Origin: an uncultured Micavibrio sp.
Lineage (GTDB): Bacteria; Pseudomonadota; Alphaproteobacteria; Micavibrionales; Micavibrionaceae
Direction of reading: 5' to 3'
NCBI GenBank assembly: GCA_963667075.1
Contig: OY762938.1
Span: forward strand, 596,100-660,099
DNA length: 64,000 bases
Below are positions 42,419 through 51,660 of this stretch, piece by piece; the first letter of the stretch is position 1; each line of letters starts with the position of its first letter. Made by a program: the position numbers and the translations under genes. Under the pieces are notes generated by a model that was not told the origin of the DNA, searched no databases, and saw only the letters and a program-made list of their open reading frames with translations.

Positions 42419-43375
42419 CTACTCTGATTTTTTTAGGCTTTTGCTGAGAATTTTATGTTTTATCCCAACCCTTCTAACTTCCCAGCGTAGCGTGATTCCG
42501 GTTTCCTTAGATATCCGGTTTATGAGCTCTTCCCCCAAAGTTTCCAGATCGGACGCCGTGGCCTCCCCTGTGTTGATCATGAAATTACAGTGTTTTTCAG
42601 ACATCTGCGCCCCACCGATCCGCAAACCGCGCCCCCCGACTTTATCTATGAGCTGCCAGGTTTTTGTTTCTTCCGGCAAGCCCGCTTTTGATAAATCTTC
42701 CGCAGAGGGATTGGCGAAGGTGGAACCGCCTGTGCGTTCCCTTAAAGGCTGTGTTTCTTCCTTTCGGGCCTTGAATTCTGCTATGCGCGCTTCTATACGG
42801 GCGGGCGTATCTGTGTCTCCCCTGACAATGCAGGATGTAAAGATGAAATCGTCCGGGACTTCCGTATGACGATAGGACATCCCCATGTCTTCCGGTGACA
42901 AAATATGTTTCTTCCCTTCCCGATCCAGCGCATGCGCTTCTATCAGAATATCTTTCATCTCTGTCCCATACGCCCCCGCATTCATGCGGAGTGCACCGCC
43001 GAGTGTGCCCGGAATAGCCGCCAGAAATTCTAGTCCACCAATCCCCTCTTGTGCTGCCGTTTGGGCCGCATTACCATCCAGCGCGCCAGCGCCAATTTTT
43101 AAAGTCTGGCTATCTATTCTTTCAATATGTGTAAAAGCACGCCCCAAACGCACCGCCGCGCCAGGCAAACCACCGTCACGGACAATGACATTAGAGAGAA
43201 CACCAAAGGCATGAACATCCCCCTCATAGCCCTTTAGAAAATCGGCTAAATCCTCTTCATCTTTTGGCTTGAAAAGAAGCTCTGCCTTTCCCCCGCACCG
43301 AAACCACCCGGACGATCCAAGTGGTGCCTTTTCTGTTATGCGACCACGAAGGTTAGAAAATAAGTCAGCACTCAT
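42419..43375 (-). CDS. murB: UDP-N-acetylenolpyruvoylglucosamine reductase
   Basis: FAD-binding PCMH domain ([16 protein letters not shown]) and C-terminal GSTF.NP and GGAQ.S.KH.NF motifs. Confidence 0.93.
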   Translation of the reverse strand: MSADLFSNLRGRITEKAPLGSSGWFRCGGKAELLFKPKDEEDLADFLKGYEGDVHAFGVLSNVIVRDGGLPGAAVRLGRAFTHIERIDSQTLKIGAGALDGNAAQTAAQEGIGGLEFLAAIPGTLGGALRMNAGAYGTEMKDILIEAHALDREGKKHILSPEDMGMSYRHTEVPDDFIFTSCIVRGDTDTPARIEARIAEFKARKEETQPLRERTGGSTFANPSAEDLSKAGLPEETKTWQLIDKVGGRGLRIGGAQMSEKHCNFMINTGEATASDLETLGEELINRISKETGITLRWEVRRVGIKHKILSKSLKKSE

Positions 43376-44774
43376 TCATATCCCCCGGCAATTCGTTTGC
43401 CCATTTGGAGACATCGCCAGCCCCAAGAAAGAGCACATAATCGCCCTCACCCGCCAAATCCGAAATCATAGAGGCCAGATCCTTCCGGCTAGACAAAAGG
43501 TGGACATCCCTGTGACCATGGGCCTTGATCCCATCTGCCAGATGTTCCTTATCTGCTCCTTCAATAGGGTCTTCTCCTGCCGGATAGACATCCGCCACAA
43601 TCACAGTATCCGCCTCATTAAAGCAGGTACAAAACCCGTCAAACAAATCAGACAGACGTGAATAGCGATGTGGCTGGACAAGCGCGATAATTTTGCCATC
43701 TGTATCACCGACCGCCTGACGCGCCGCTTTTAAAACCGCTTCGATCTCAACCGGATGATGAGCATAATCATCAATAATCGTCGCGCCATTGATCTCGCCC
43801 GTTTTGGTAAAGCGGCGTTTTACGCCTGTAAAATTCTTAAGGGCTTTCCGAATAGCCTTGTCTTCCATACCAAGCGTCAATCCCACAGCAATAGAGGCCA
43901 GCGCATTTTGTACATTATGACGGCCTGGCATCGGCAAATACATATCCTTTAACACCCCATCCGGCGTTTGCACATCAAAGGCACTGCCTATGCCTTTTGT
44001 TTCAAGATTAAGCACGCGGACATCAGCTTGCGGATTAAAGCCGTAGGTCACAATTTTTCTGTCTGTCAGCTCCGGCACCATAGCTTGTACTTCAGCATGA
44101 TCCAGACAAAGCACGGCAAAACCGTAAAACGGGATATTCTCAATAAACGCTTTAAACGCTTTACGAAGATTTTTAAATTCGCCGTAATGCTCCATATGTT
44201 CCGGATCAATATTGGTAACCACCGCCACGGTCGCTGGCAGGCGCGTAAAAGTCCCGTCACTTTCATCCGCTTCAACGACCATCCATTCGCCCTTCCCCAT
44301 ACGGGTATTCGTACCGTACCGGTTCACAATCCCGCCATTGATCACGGTTGGATCAAAATTACCTTCTTCCAGCATCGCACTGACCAGCGTTGTTGTCGTC
44401 GTTTTCCCATGCGTCCCACCAACCGCAACAGCCGATTTCATGCGCATCAATTCAGCCAGCATATCAGCCCGTCTAATAACGGGAATTTTTTTGCTCCGCG
44501 CTTCTTTCAATTCAGGATTATCCGGCTTAATCGCAGATGATACAACAACAGCGGTCGGGAGTTCGTCTGCTTTTGTCACCAGATTTTCAATCTTATGCCC
44601 GACATGCACAACCATGCCTTTATCCTGCAAACGCTTCACATTCAGACTGTCTGATAAATCAGAGCCCTGCACATCATAGCCGCGCGCATGAAGCACTTCC
44701 GCAATACCGCTCATGCCGATACCGCCTATCCCGATAAAATGGAGTGTTCCCACATCAAGAGGTTTTGGTCTCAT
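43365..44774 (-). CDS. murC: UDP-N-acetylmuramate--L-alanine ligase
   Basis: [24 protein letters not shown] and DDYAHHP motifs. Confidence 0.96.
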   Translation of the reverse strand: MRPKPLDVGTLHFIGIGGIGMSGIAEVLHARGYDVQGSDLSDSLNVKRLQDKGMVVHVGHKIENLVTKADELPTAVVVSSAIKPDNPELKEARSKKIPVIRRADMLAELMRMKSAVAVGGTHGKTTTTTLVSAMLEEGNFDPTVINGGIVNRYGTNTRMGKGEWMVVEADESDGTFTRLPATVAVVTNIDPEHMEHYGEFKNLRKAFKAFIENIPFYGFAVLCLDHAEVQAMVPELTDRKIVTYGFNPQADVRVLNLETKGIGSAFDVQTPDGVLKDMYLPMPGRHNVQNALASIAVGLTLGMEDKAIRKALKNFTGVKRRFTKTGEINGATIIDDYAHHPVEIEAVLKAARQAVGDTDGKIIALVQPHRYSRLSDLFDGFCTCFNEADTVIVADVYPAGEDPIEGADKEHLADGIKAHGHRDVHLLSSRKDLASMISDLAGEGDYVLFLGAGDVSKWANELPGDMNEC

Positions 44775-44842
44775 GGTTTTCCTTCGTAATTTTTTACATT
44801 CTTTTGAATCGCAAAGACACTAAGGCACAAAGTTTTTCTGGT

Positions 44843-45463
44843 CTATAACAAAAACATAACATTATCTTCTACAAACAACGCCTGACCGTCTTTCAATACA
44901 AGCATTTGCTCTGAACCTTTATGATTATCAGCTATATCTTGTGCCATTTCCCCCATGGTCTCATGCTCCAGATGCGGCACAAAAAATAAATGTACGAGAC
45001 CTAATCCTTCTGTATTATCCAAATTAACAATATCTGGATTATCCATGGGAGCAATAAATTCAATATCAGGACACGCAACAACGGAGCCAGCACTTGAGCC
45101 TATATAGATCATCCCATCATCTAATCTTTTTTGTAATAATTCCTTAAAAAAGCAATTCTTCATATACTTCAAAAGGAAAAAGGTATTCCCTCCGCAGATA
45201 TATACTATATCGGTTTCGTCCAAAACATCTTTAACTTCTTGTTTTGTTTTTCCCCTTAAATCATAGCACGTTACACTCGCTCCATGATTTTCAAACGGTT
45301 CGATCTCAGTTTTTCGATCTGGCGTGAAATTCTCCCCTATTGCTGCCGTTTCGATCAGCAAAACACGTTTTCCCGTTAGCTCTCCCAGATAGGGTAAAAA
45401 AGAATTAAACGAATAACAAAATTCAGAGGCTAGAAATAATTTCATTTTTCCCTTTCTTAACAC
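44843..45463 (-). CDS. Peptidase S51 (dipeptidase E-like) family protein
   Basis: 206 aa with the GGNTF and GSSAGS (nucleophile Ser) motifs characteristic of PepE/cyanophycinase-type S51 peptidases. Confidence 0.65.
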   Translation of the reverse strand: MLRKGKMKLFLASEFCYSFNSFLPYLGELTGKRVLLIETAAIGENFTPDRKTEIEPFENHGASVTCYDLRGKTKQEVKDVLDETDIVYICGGNTFFLLKYMKNCFFKELLQKRLDDGMIYIGSSAGSVVACPDIEFIAPMDNPDIVNLDNTEGLGLVHLFFVPHLEHETMGEMAQDIADNHKGSEQMLVLKDGQALFVEDNVMFLL

Positions 45464-45535
45464 CTAAAACACATACAACTAACAATTTCTCCGGCCCCTT
45501 CGTGCCTTTGAGACTTCGCGATTCATAAAAAGATG

Positions 45536-46684
45536 TTATCCCTTCCGGCCTTGCGTCAAGTCGTAAGAACGTGAGGCGTCCTTATCCCAGCCAGCGGCGA
45601 GAGCTGTTACGAGATTACCGAGTTTACGGGCGGCATCGGGGCGTCCGCAGGATCTTGAGGCTTCGGCCGCCCGGAACAACCTTTCAGGTTCCTGAAAAAA
45701 GGTCTCTAATCGTGCAAAAAGGGCCTCTTGCGTAAACTGATCCTGTTCGATGAGCCAAGCCCCACCGCAATCAGATACCGTTTTCGCATTTACTTTTTGC
45801 TGTTGATCCGCGTGATGAGGATAGGGCACAAAAATTGCAGGCCGGCCGGCTGTTGTTACTTCTGCCACTGTACTCGCACCAGAGCGACCGATAAAGAGAT
45901 GCGCCTCACCCAGCAGCTCTGACACATTATCAAAAAACGGTGCAAGCTCTGCCTTGATATTGGCTTCTTTATACAAAGCTCTGGCACCTTCCATATCCTC
46001 GACGCGGCATTGTTGCACCACATCAATCCGTTTTTTCTCCTCAGGCGGTAGCTTGGCGAGCGCAGCCGGTACGACTTCACTAAAAATCCGTGCCCCGAGC
46101 GACCCCCCCATAACAAATATCTTGAAAGGCCCGCCTTTTTCCAGAACCGGATAAGGCTTTGTAAAAAGAGCGGCCACTTCCTGACGCACTGGATTCCCGA
46201 CAACAATGGCGCGCACGGCATCCGTTTCATCCAGACCTTCCCAATGCGGCAAGGATAACGCGACACGATCAGCCTTTGGGGCCAGAAAGGCATTCGCCTT
46301 TCCGAGCACCGCATTTTGTTCATGAATGACCGTCAGAACACGCCGCTTTTGAGCCGCATACACCGCAGGCACAGACGGATAGCCACCAAAACCGACAACA
46401 ACGACCGGATTCAATTTCTTTACTAAAGAGCGCGCCTGTATAAAGCCAATCCCCATGGAGAAAATACCCAGCAGCTTGCCTGTAAGGCCACGTCCCCAGG
46501 CCCCCGAACTCAACACATAGAAAGGAACATTTTCGAAATGGCTTTCATATTTTTTGCCGCGCTTGTCTGTCGCAAGTGCCACATCATAGCCACGGGATAT
46601 CATATCTTTTGCCAGAGCTGCAGCGGGGAAAATATGTCCCCCTGTCCCGCCTGCACTTAAAAGGATAAGTGGCTTTTTACTCAT
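45536..46684 (-). CDS. murG: UDP-N-acetylglucosamine--N-acetylmuramyl-(pentapeptide)-PP-undecaprenol GlcNAc transferase
   Basis: GGTGGHIFPA N-terminus and RSGASTVAE in the C-terminal GT28 domain. Confidence 0.95.
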   Translation of the reverse strand: MSKKPLILLSAGGTGGHIFPAAALAKDMISRGYDVALATDKRGKKYESHFENVPFYVLSSGAWGRGLTGKLLGIFSMGIGFIQARSLVKKLNPVVVVGFGGYPSVPAVYAAQKRRVLTVIHEQNAVLGKANAFLAPKADRVALSLPHWEGLDETDAVRAIVVGNPVRQEVAALFTKPYPVLEKGGPFKIFVMGGSLGARIFSEVVPAALAKLPPEEKKRIDVVQQCRVEDMEGARALYKEANIKAELAPFFDNVSELLGEAHLFIGRSGASTVAEVTTAGRPAIFVPYPHHADQQQKVNAKTVSDCGGAWLIEQDQFTQEALFARLETFFQEPERLFRAAEASRSCGRPDAARKLGNLVTALAAGWDKDASRSYDLTQGRKG

Positions 46685-47823
46685 GTTTTTCGTCCCTTCC
46701 CTATACCGGAGCGCGCCCTGCGCCGCGTCAACGCCAAAACCATCCCCAAAGACATGGACATAGACAACAAAGAAGAACCGCCATAGCTGATGAGCGGCAG
46801 AGTCATACCCTTGGTTGGCAACAGATCAAGGCTGGAACCCATATGAATAAGAGCCTGCAACCCAAACATGGTGAGCAACCCACCTGTTGCGAGAATGACA
46901 AACATATCCTCACTCTCCATCAAGCGATTAAACCCACGCAAAATGATAAAGGCAAAGAGACCAATCATAATAATAACAGAGAACAAGCCCCCCTCTTCCC
47001 CCAAAACGGAAAAAATAAAATCAGCGTGTGCATCAGGAATACGGAGTTTGACATCTCCCTGCCCCGGCCCGACACCGATAATGCCCCCTTCCTGAAAGGC
47101 CTCAAGAGATTTTTCTGCCTGATAATTCTCCTTGCCCGGATCAAGAAAACGGTCTATCCGCGTTTGCACATGATCCAGAGAAAAATAAATCAGCAGCATG
47201 CCGATCACACCGATACAGCCAAAGAAAAAGAGATAACGAAAAGGAAGACCCGCAAGAAAAATCTGCGCCATAAAAATAAAGGTCAGCACAAAAGTCATCC
47301 CGAAATCCGGCTGGAGCAACAAAAGTGTGATCGCCAGAAAATACATGCCGGCGCAAATCAGATTCCCTCTCGAAAAATCAGGGTTCTCTTTTTGCAAAGC
47401 AATGAGCCATGCCGCCACCACAGCAAAAGCAGGCTTGACGAATTCACTGGGCTGCAAAGAAAAACCAGGCAAATGAATCCATCGCTGCGCCCCTTTGATC
47501 TCCATACCAATGAAAAGAGTCATAAACACCAGCACAAGACCGACCGCAAAGATAAGGGAGGAAAAACGCCATATGTTCCGAGGATCAAGAAATGACACAG
47601 CTATCATAAGAATAAGCGCCGGGCCAACAAGAATGATGTGCTTAACAATAAAGTGACTGGGATCAAGCCCCACCCGTGTCGCGACAGAGGGACTGGCCGT
47701 CGTCACAAGCACAATGCCAAAAACAAACAAGGAGAATATAGCCGCCAGCAACCCCCAATCAATCGTCCACCACCAGCGCGCCAAAAGAGACTGATCTGTT
47801 CTGGGCACCGTTAGCACACTCAT
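46681..47823 (-). CDS. ftsW: Peptidoglycan glycosyltransferase / cell division protein FtsW
   Basis: SEDS family member with 10 TM helices, QPSEF.K and TKGMTLPLISYGGSS motifs. Confidence 0.93.
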   Translation of the reverse strand: MSVLTVPRTDQSLLARWWWTIDWGLLAAIFSLFVFGIVLVTTASPSVATRVGLDPSHFIVKHIILVGPALILMIAVSFLDPRNIWRFSSLIFAVGLVLVFMTLFIGMEIKGAQRWIHLPGFSLQPSEFVKPAFAVVAAWLIALQKENPDFSRGNLICAGMYFLAITLLLLQPDFGMTFVLTFIFMAQIFLAGLPFRYLFFFGCIGVIGMLLIYFSLDHVQTRIDRFLDPGKENYQAEKSLEAFQEGGIIGVGPGQGDVKLRIPDAHADFIFSVLGEEGGLFSVIIMIGLFAFIILRGFNRLMESEDMFVILATGGLLTMFGLQALIHMGSSLDLLPTKGMTLPLISYGGSSLLSMSMSLGMVLALTRRRARSGIGKGRKT

Positions 47824-49235
47824 AAGGCTTTTTCCTCTGGCAGAGCTTCCACAAATTTTGTAAACGCATCCCCACGCTCTTCAAACGAGGCAAACTGATC
47901 AAAAGAAGAGCAGGCCGGCGAGAGCAGAACCGTCCCGGCCCCCCCAGGTGCACCGCGATTATCCTGTGCCATCCGGTGTGCTTCATTGACAGCGGCCTCC
48001 AATGTCCGGTTTTGGCTGTATGAAATACCATGATTATCAAGCCAGTTAGCAAACGAGTCCATGGACTCGCCGATCAGAAAAGCATGGCGAATATGATCCA
48101 TGTAAGGTTCCAGACCATTCAGCCCGCCTTCCTTCTGACGGCCACCAACAATCCAGTAAACATTGCGATAATGCTTCAACGCATATGACGTCGCTGCCGC
48201 ATTGGTTGCCTTGCTGTCATTGATATAGGCTACACCATTGATGGTACGGGTCAAAAACTGCCTGTGAGGTAAGCCTTTAAAAGAGGACATATGTTCCACA
48301 ATGTCTTCGGGCTCATAACCATATACCCCGCGGATCACAGCATAAGCACAGGCCGCATTTTGATGATTATGCCCGCCGCGTAACCGTTTGGCTTCTTTCA
48401 AATCGAAAACGGCGCGCGGTTCGCCCTCCAGCGCATCAATAAGCTTACCAGCCTCAACATAGACACCTTTTTCCAAAGCCGTCTTGACAGACACCGGAAT
48501 AATTTTCCATACATCTCTTTCTTGCAGCCTTTCAGCCATCAAACGGCAATGATCATCATCGACACCAAACACAGCAACGGGCAGCGTCTCTCCTTCAGCG
48601 CATGTATCGAACATCCGCTTTTTAGCCTCTATATAGCCTTCCATCCCGCCATGACGTTCCAGATGATCTTCCGTCACGTTAAGAAGCACAGCCCCCTTTG
48701 GCTTCAAGGAAGAGGTCAGATCCAACTGATAGGAAGAGAGCTCCAGCACATATGTCGCTTCTTTTTCCGATTTCAGGCTTTTCAGTTCAAGAACGGGCTT
48801 GCCGATATTACCACCCATTTCCACAACTCTGCTTTGCTTTAGAATATGGGCGATCAGAGCCGTCGTCGTCGACTTCCCGTTTGTACCGGTCACGGCAATC
48901 AAATCCGTATCAGGATCGGCACGGCGCAGAATCTCAATATCGCTGATGACGTTCACCCCCGCTTCCTTGGCACGCTGTACCAAAGGGTGAGGTTTGGGGT
49001 GTTCATGTGGAATACCAGGCGACAAAACCAGAAATTCAACATCATCAAACGACTCTTGCGAAAGATCGGTTAAAGAAACACCATCATTTTCAGCTTTTTC
49101 TCTCCTGCGTTCACTATCGTCCCAGGCCAGCAACGTTGCGCCAGCACGGCTCAACGCCTTGGCCGTCGCAAGACCGGAAACACCCAGCCCAAATACAGCC
49201 ACTCTTTTACCTTTTACAAATGAAAGATTTACCAT
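47820..49235 (-). CDS. murD: UDP-N-acetylmuramoylalanine--D-glutamate ligase
   Basis: VFGLGVSG Rossmann N-terminus, GTNGKSTT and a Mur ligase C-terminal domain. Confidence 0.95.
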   Translation of the reverse strand: MVNLSFVKGKRVAVFGLGVSGLATAKALSRAGATLLAWDDSERRREKAENDGVSLTDLSQESFDDVEFLVLSPGIPHEHPKPHPLVQRAKEAGVNVISDIEILRRADPDTDLIAVTGTNGKSTTTALIAHILKQSRVVEMGGNIGKPVLELKSLKSEKEATYVLELSSYQLDLTSSLKPKGAVLLNVTEDHLERHGGMEGYIEAKKRMFDTCAEGETLPVAVFGVDDDHCRLMAERLQERDVWKIIPVSVKTALEKGVYVEAGKLIDALEGEPRAVFDLKEAKRLRGGHNHQNAACAYAVIRGVYGYEPEDIVEHMSSFKGLPHRQFLTRTINGVAYINDSKATNAAATSYALKHYRNVYWIVGGRQKEGGLNGLEPYMDHIRHAFLIGESMDSFANWLDNHGISYSQNRTLEAAVNEAHRMAQDNRGAPGGAGTVLLSPACSSFDQFASFEERGDAFTKFVEALPEEKAL

Positions 49236-49293
49236 GAACTAACTATAACTCTCGTTTCTTTGTACATTACCTAAATTTTTAAAAACGCGAAGA

Positions 49294-49479
49294 TCAATCT
49301 TCAGCCACGCTCTTTCCAGCAATAGCATGATTCTCAGGCGTCATTTCAACGAGCTGTATTCTTACATACTCTTTAGGGAGTTCAAGAGATTCACTAATAG
49401 CGTCCGTCACGGATGAAAAGAGCTTCTCTTTTTGCGCCTTTGTATGGCCTTCCATCATATTTACTGTAACCCACGGCAT
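49294..49479 (-). CDS. 4-oxalocrotonate tautomerase family protein (61 aa)
   Basis: It starts MP (catalytic Pro1 after Met removal). The beta-alpha-beta length and pattern (MPWVTVNMMEGHTKAQKEKL...V.I...E) match the family. Confidence 0.7.
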   Translation of the reverse strand: MPWVTVNMMEGHTKAQKEKLFSSVTDAISESLELPKEYVRIQLVEMTPENHAIAGKSVAED

Positions 49480-49501
49480 AATTTCAAACTCCCTTAAAAA
49501 A

Positions 49502-50584
49502 CTATCTCAGTTTCAACGTTGCAAGGCCAATTAAAGCCAGAACAACTGAAATAATCCAAAAGCGTATCACAATTGTAGGCTCTGACCAGCCTTTCTTTTC
49601 AAAATGGTGGTGCAAAGGGGCCATTCGAAAAACACGTTTGCCGGTCAGTTTAAACGAAGCCACCTGCACGATAACAGAAACCGTTTCCAAAACAAAAAGC
49701 CCGCCAATGACAGATAGTACAATTTCGTGCTTCGTAATGACTGAAATAGCACCGAGGACACCACCCATGGCAAGGGACCCTGTATCGCCCATAAAAATCA
49801 TGGCAGGCGGTGCATTAAACCACAAAAATCCCATAGAAGCACCGACCAATGCACCGCATAGAATTGACAGTTCTCCGGTGCCCGGCACAAAAGGAATATG
49901 GAGATAATCGGCAAACACCGCATGCCCAATAAGATAACTGATCAGACCAAACGAAGCCGCCACCATTGCAACCGGCACAATTGCCAAACCATCAAGCCCA
50001 TCTGTCAGGTTCACGGCATTAGACGCACCAATAATCACCAGTAACGCCCACGGCACAAAAAACCATGAGAGCTCTATAAAAAATTCTTTTAAGAACGGTA
50101 CCGCCACATTACTATCCATGTTCTCCGGCAAAGCCGCCATAATGCCAAGCGTTGCGCCCGTTCCGATCATGAGCTGAAACAGAATCTTTAATTTCCCCGG
50201 CAACCCTTTGGAATTCCGTTTGGTCAGCTTCAAATAATCATCCGCAAAGCCAATCAGGCCAAACCCCACCATCACCAGCAACGCATACCAGACAAACATG
50301 TTCGACAAATCCGCAAGCAACAAGGTTGTGAGCGTGACAGAAATCAGGATCATCAAGCCACCCATGGTAGGCGTTCCGGCTTTATTTTCATGATCTGGGC
50401 CAATTTCCCGAATAGGCTGCCCTTCTTTCTGGATAGATCTCAGCCAGCGGATCATAGGCGGACCTATAATAAAGCTGAAAATCAAGGCTATCATAACAGC
50501 AAGTCCTGTCCGAAACGTAAGATACCTGAACAGATTAAAAAGAAGGAACTCATCAGAAAGAGGAGTCAGAAGATTATAAAGCAT
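49502..50584 (-). CDS. mraY: Phospho-N-acetylmuramoyl-pentapeptide transferase
   Basis: Motifs [24 protein letters not shown] and MGDTGSLA. Confidence 0.96.
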   Translation of the reverse strand: MLYNLLTPLSDEFLLFNLFRYLTFRTGLAVMIALIFSFIIGPPMIRWLRSIQKEGQPIREIGPDHENKAGTPTMGGLMILISVTLTTLLLADLSNMFVWYALLVMVGFGLIGFADDYLKLTKRNSKGLPGKLKILFQLMIGTGATLGIMAALPENMDSNVAVPFLKEFFIELSWFFVPWALLVIIGASNAVNLTDGLDGLAIVPVAMVAASFGLISYLIGHAVFADYLHIPFVPGTGELSILCGALVGASMGFLWFNAPPAMIFMGDTGSLAMGGVLGAISVITKHEIVLSVIGGLFVLETVSVIVQVASFKLTGKRVFRMAPLHHHFEKKGWSEPTIVIRFWIISVVLALIGLATLKLR

Positions 50585-50645
50585 GATGTTGTCTTAAAAT
50601 AGTGAACATTATCCTCTCAAAAAAACGAAAGGAGTCCATTCTTAC

Positions 50646-50669
50646 CGCGAAGACGCGAAGATGCGAAGA
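50646..50669. repeat. 8-bp tandem triplet CGCGAAGA-CGCGAAGA-TGCGAAGA upstream of mraY
   Basis: Read directly. It lies 62-85 nt upstream of the mraY start on the opposite strand (TCTTCGCR in the gene direction). Confidence 0.9.
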
Positions 50670-50730
50670 AAAAAATGGCAATAATCACCGTCACAATTTC
50701 GGGAATCATTCAGAAACGATAACCACGCAC

Positions 50731-50762
50731 AAAAAGGGCTAATTTCCAAAAGCCCTTTTTTT
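50731..50762. terminator. Bidirectional intrinsic-terminator-like hairpin between the lipoprotein genes and mraY
   Basis: aaaaAGGGCT-aatttccaaa-AGCCCTttttttt has an 8-bp core stem flanked by an A-tract and a T-tract. Confidence 0.65.
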
Positions 50763-50848
50763 CTAATCTATTCTCTGTTCAGCTCTGTCACAAACAACAA
50801 AAAAGACAATACCTATACCACCCCTTAAATAGGTTTCTTCCTTAATTA

Positions 50849-51301
50849 TTAAGGGCCGTTAGCAATGATCTTACACTTTCCTTCACTCATACGAACACAT
50901 GCCCTGCGATCTTTTGACTCAGCACCAGGAGTATTTTCATCATGACTAGGCACAAAAACACGATAATCTGCGCAATACTCTCCCCCGTTACCTCTCTCAC
51001 GGCTAAACTGAATAGAATCTCTTATAAAAATTGTGCCAAGATACGCACCATCTGGCAGTTTCATAGGATAGCTATTTTCTACCAGCTCTTTTTCGCTTTT
51101 ACCATCCCATTTTTCTAAAACCTCTTTTGTAAAAAAATCTGTTACAGCCTCACATGGAAAGACACTTTCTGGCTGGACCGCTTTATCCACAACATCTTCG
51201 GCATTGTCTGGACCACTACTGCATCCCATAAAAAAAAGCGCACTCGCTGCCGCTAAAAACCTATTCACCAACTTCATAATATTACCTCCTATACCAACCA
51301 T
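50849..51301 (-). CDS. Hypothetical lipoprotein (150 aa)
   Basis: Signal peptide plus lipobox (LFFMGCSS). The C-terminal Cys-containing module CADYRVFVP...ES....C is shared with the neighbouring small ORF. Confidence 0.6.
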   Translation of the reverse strand: MVGIGGNIMKLVNRFLAAASALFFMGCSSGPDNAEDVVDKAVQPESVFPCEAVTDFFTKEVLEKWDGKSEKELVENSYPMKLPDGAYLGTIFIRDSIQFSRERGNGGEYCADYRVFVPSHDENTPGAESKDRRACVRMSEGKCKIIANGP

Positions 51302-51363
51302 TAAGATTATGGTAAATACTATAACGTAATCTTAATGCTTTCCACAAGGTTTTTTTATAAAGC

Positions 51364-51561
51364 TTAATTCCTAATAGGAGCACACACAGTGCGCATTTCT
51401 GACTCCGTTCCCTGTCTCATTCCATCACCGGGCGTAAAAACACGATAATCCATACAATTCTGGCCCGTTTCTTCGTCAGGACATTTTGCTTTTTCAGACT
51501 CCTGAGCGGAACATCCGATAAATAAAACCATACTAACCACAGCTAAAAATCCATTCAGCAA
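51364..51561 (-). CDS. Hypothetical small lipoprotein (65 aa), paralogous to the C-terminal module of the 150-aa neighbour
   Basis: Lipobox LFIGCSA and the module CMDYRVFTP...ES....C. Confidence 0.5.
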   Translation of the reverse strand: MLNGFLAVVSMVLFIGCSAQESEKAKCPDEETGQNCMDYRVFTPGDGMRQGTESEMRTVCAPIRN

Positions 51562-51660
51562 CTTTATAAAAACACCCTTTATGTTAAACGTTAAATAACA
51601 TTTTTATTAACATAATAGTGTTATTCTTTCAATTTTTTTACAGTCTTTCTGATTTTATGT

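Noticed and set aside
46669-47595. 308-aa plus-strand ORF rich in His, Arg, Lys and Gln
   Set aside because: It is entirely antisense to the well-supported SEDS-family ftsW gene. Its composition is low-complexity and basic, typical of a shadow ORF.
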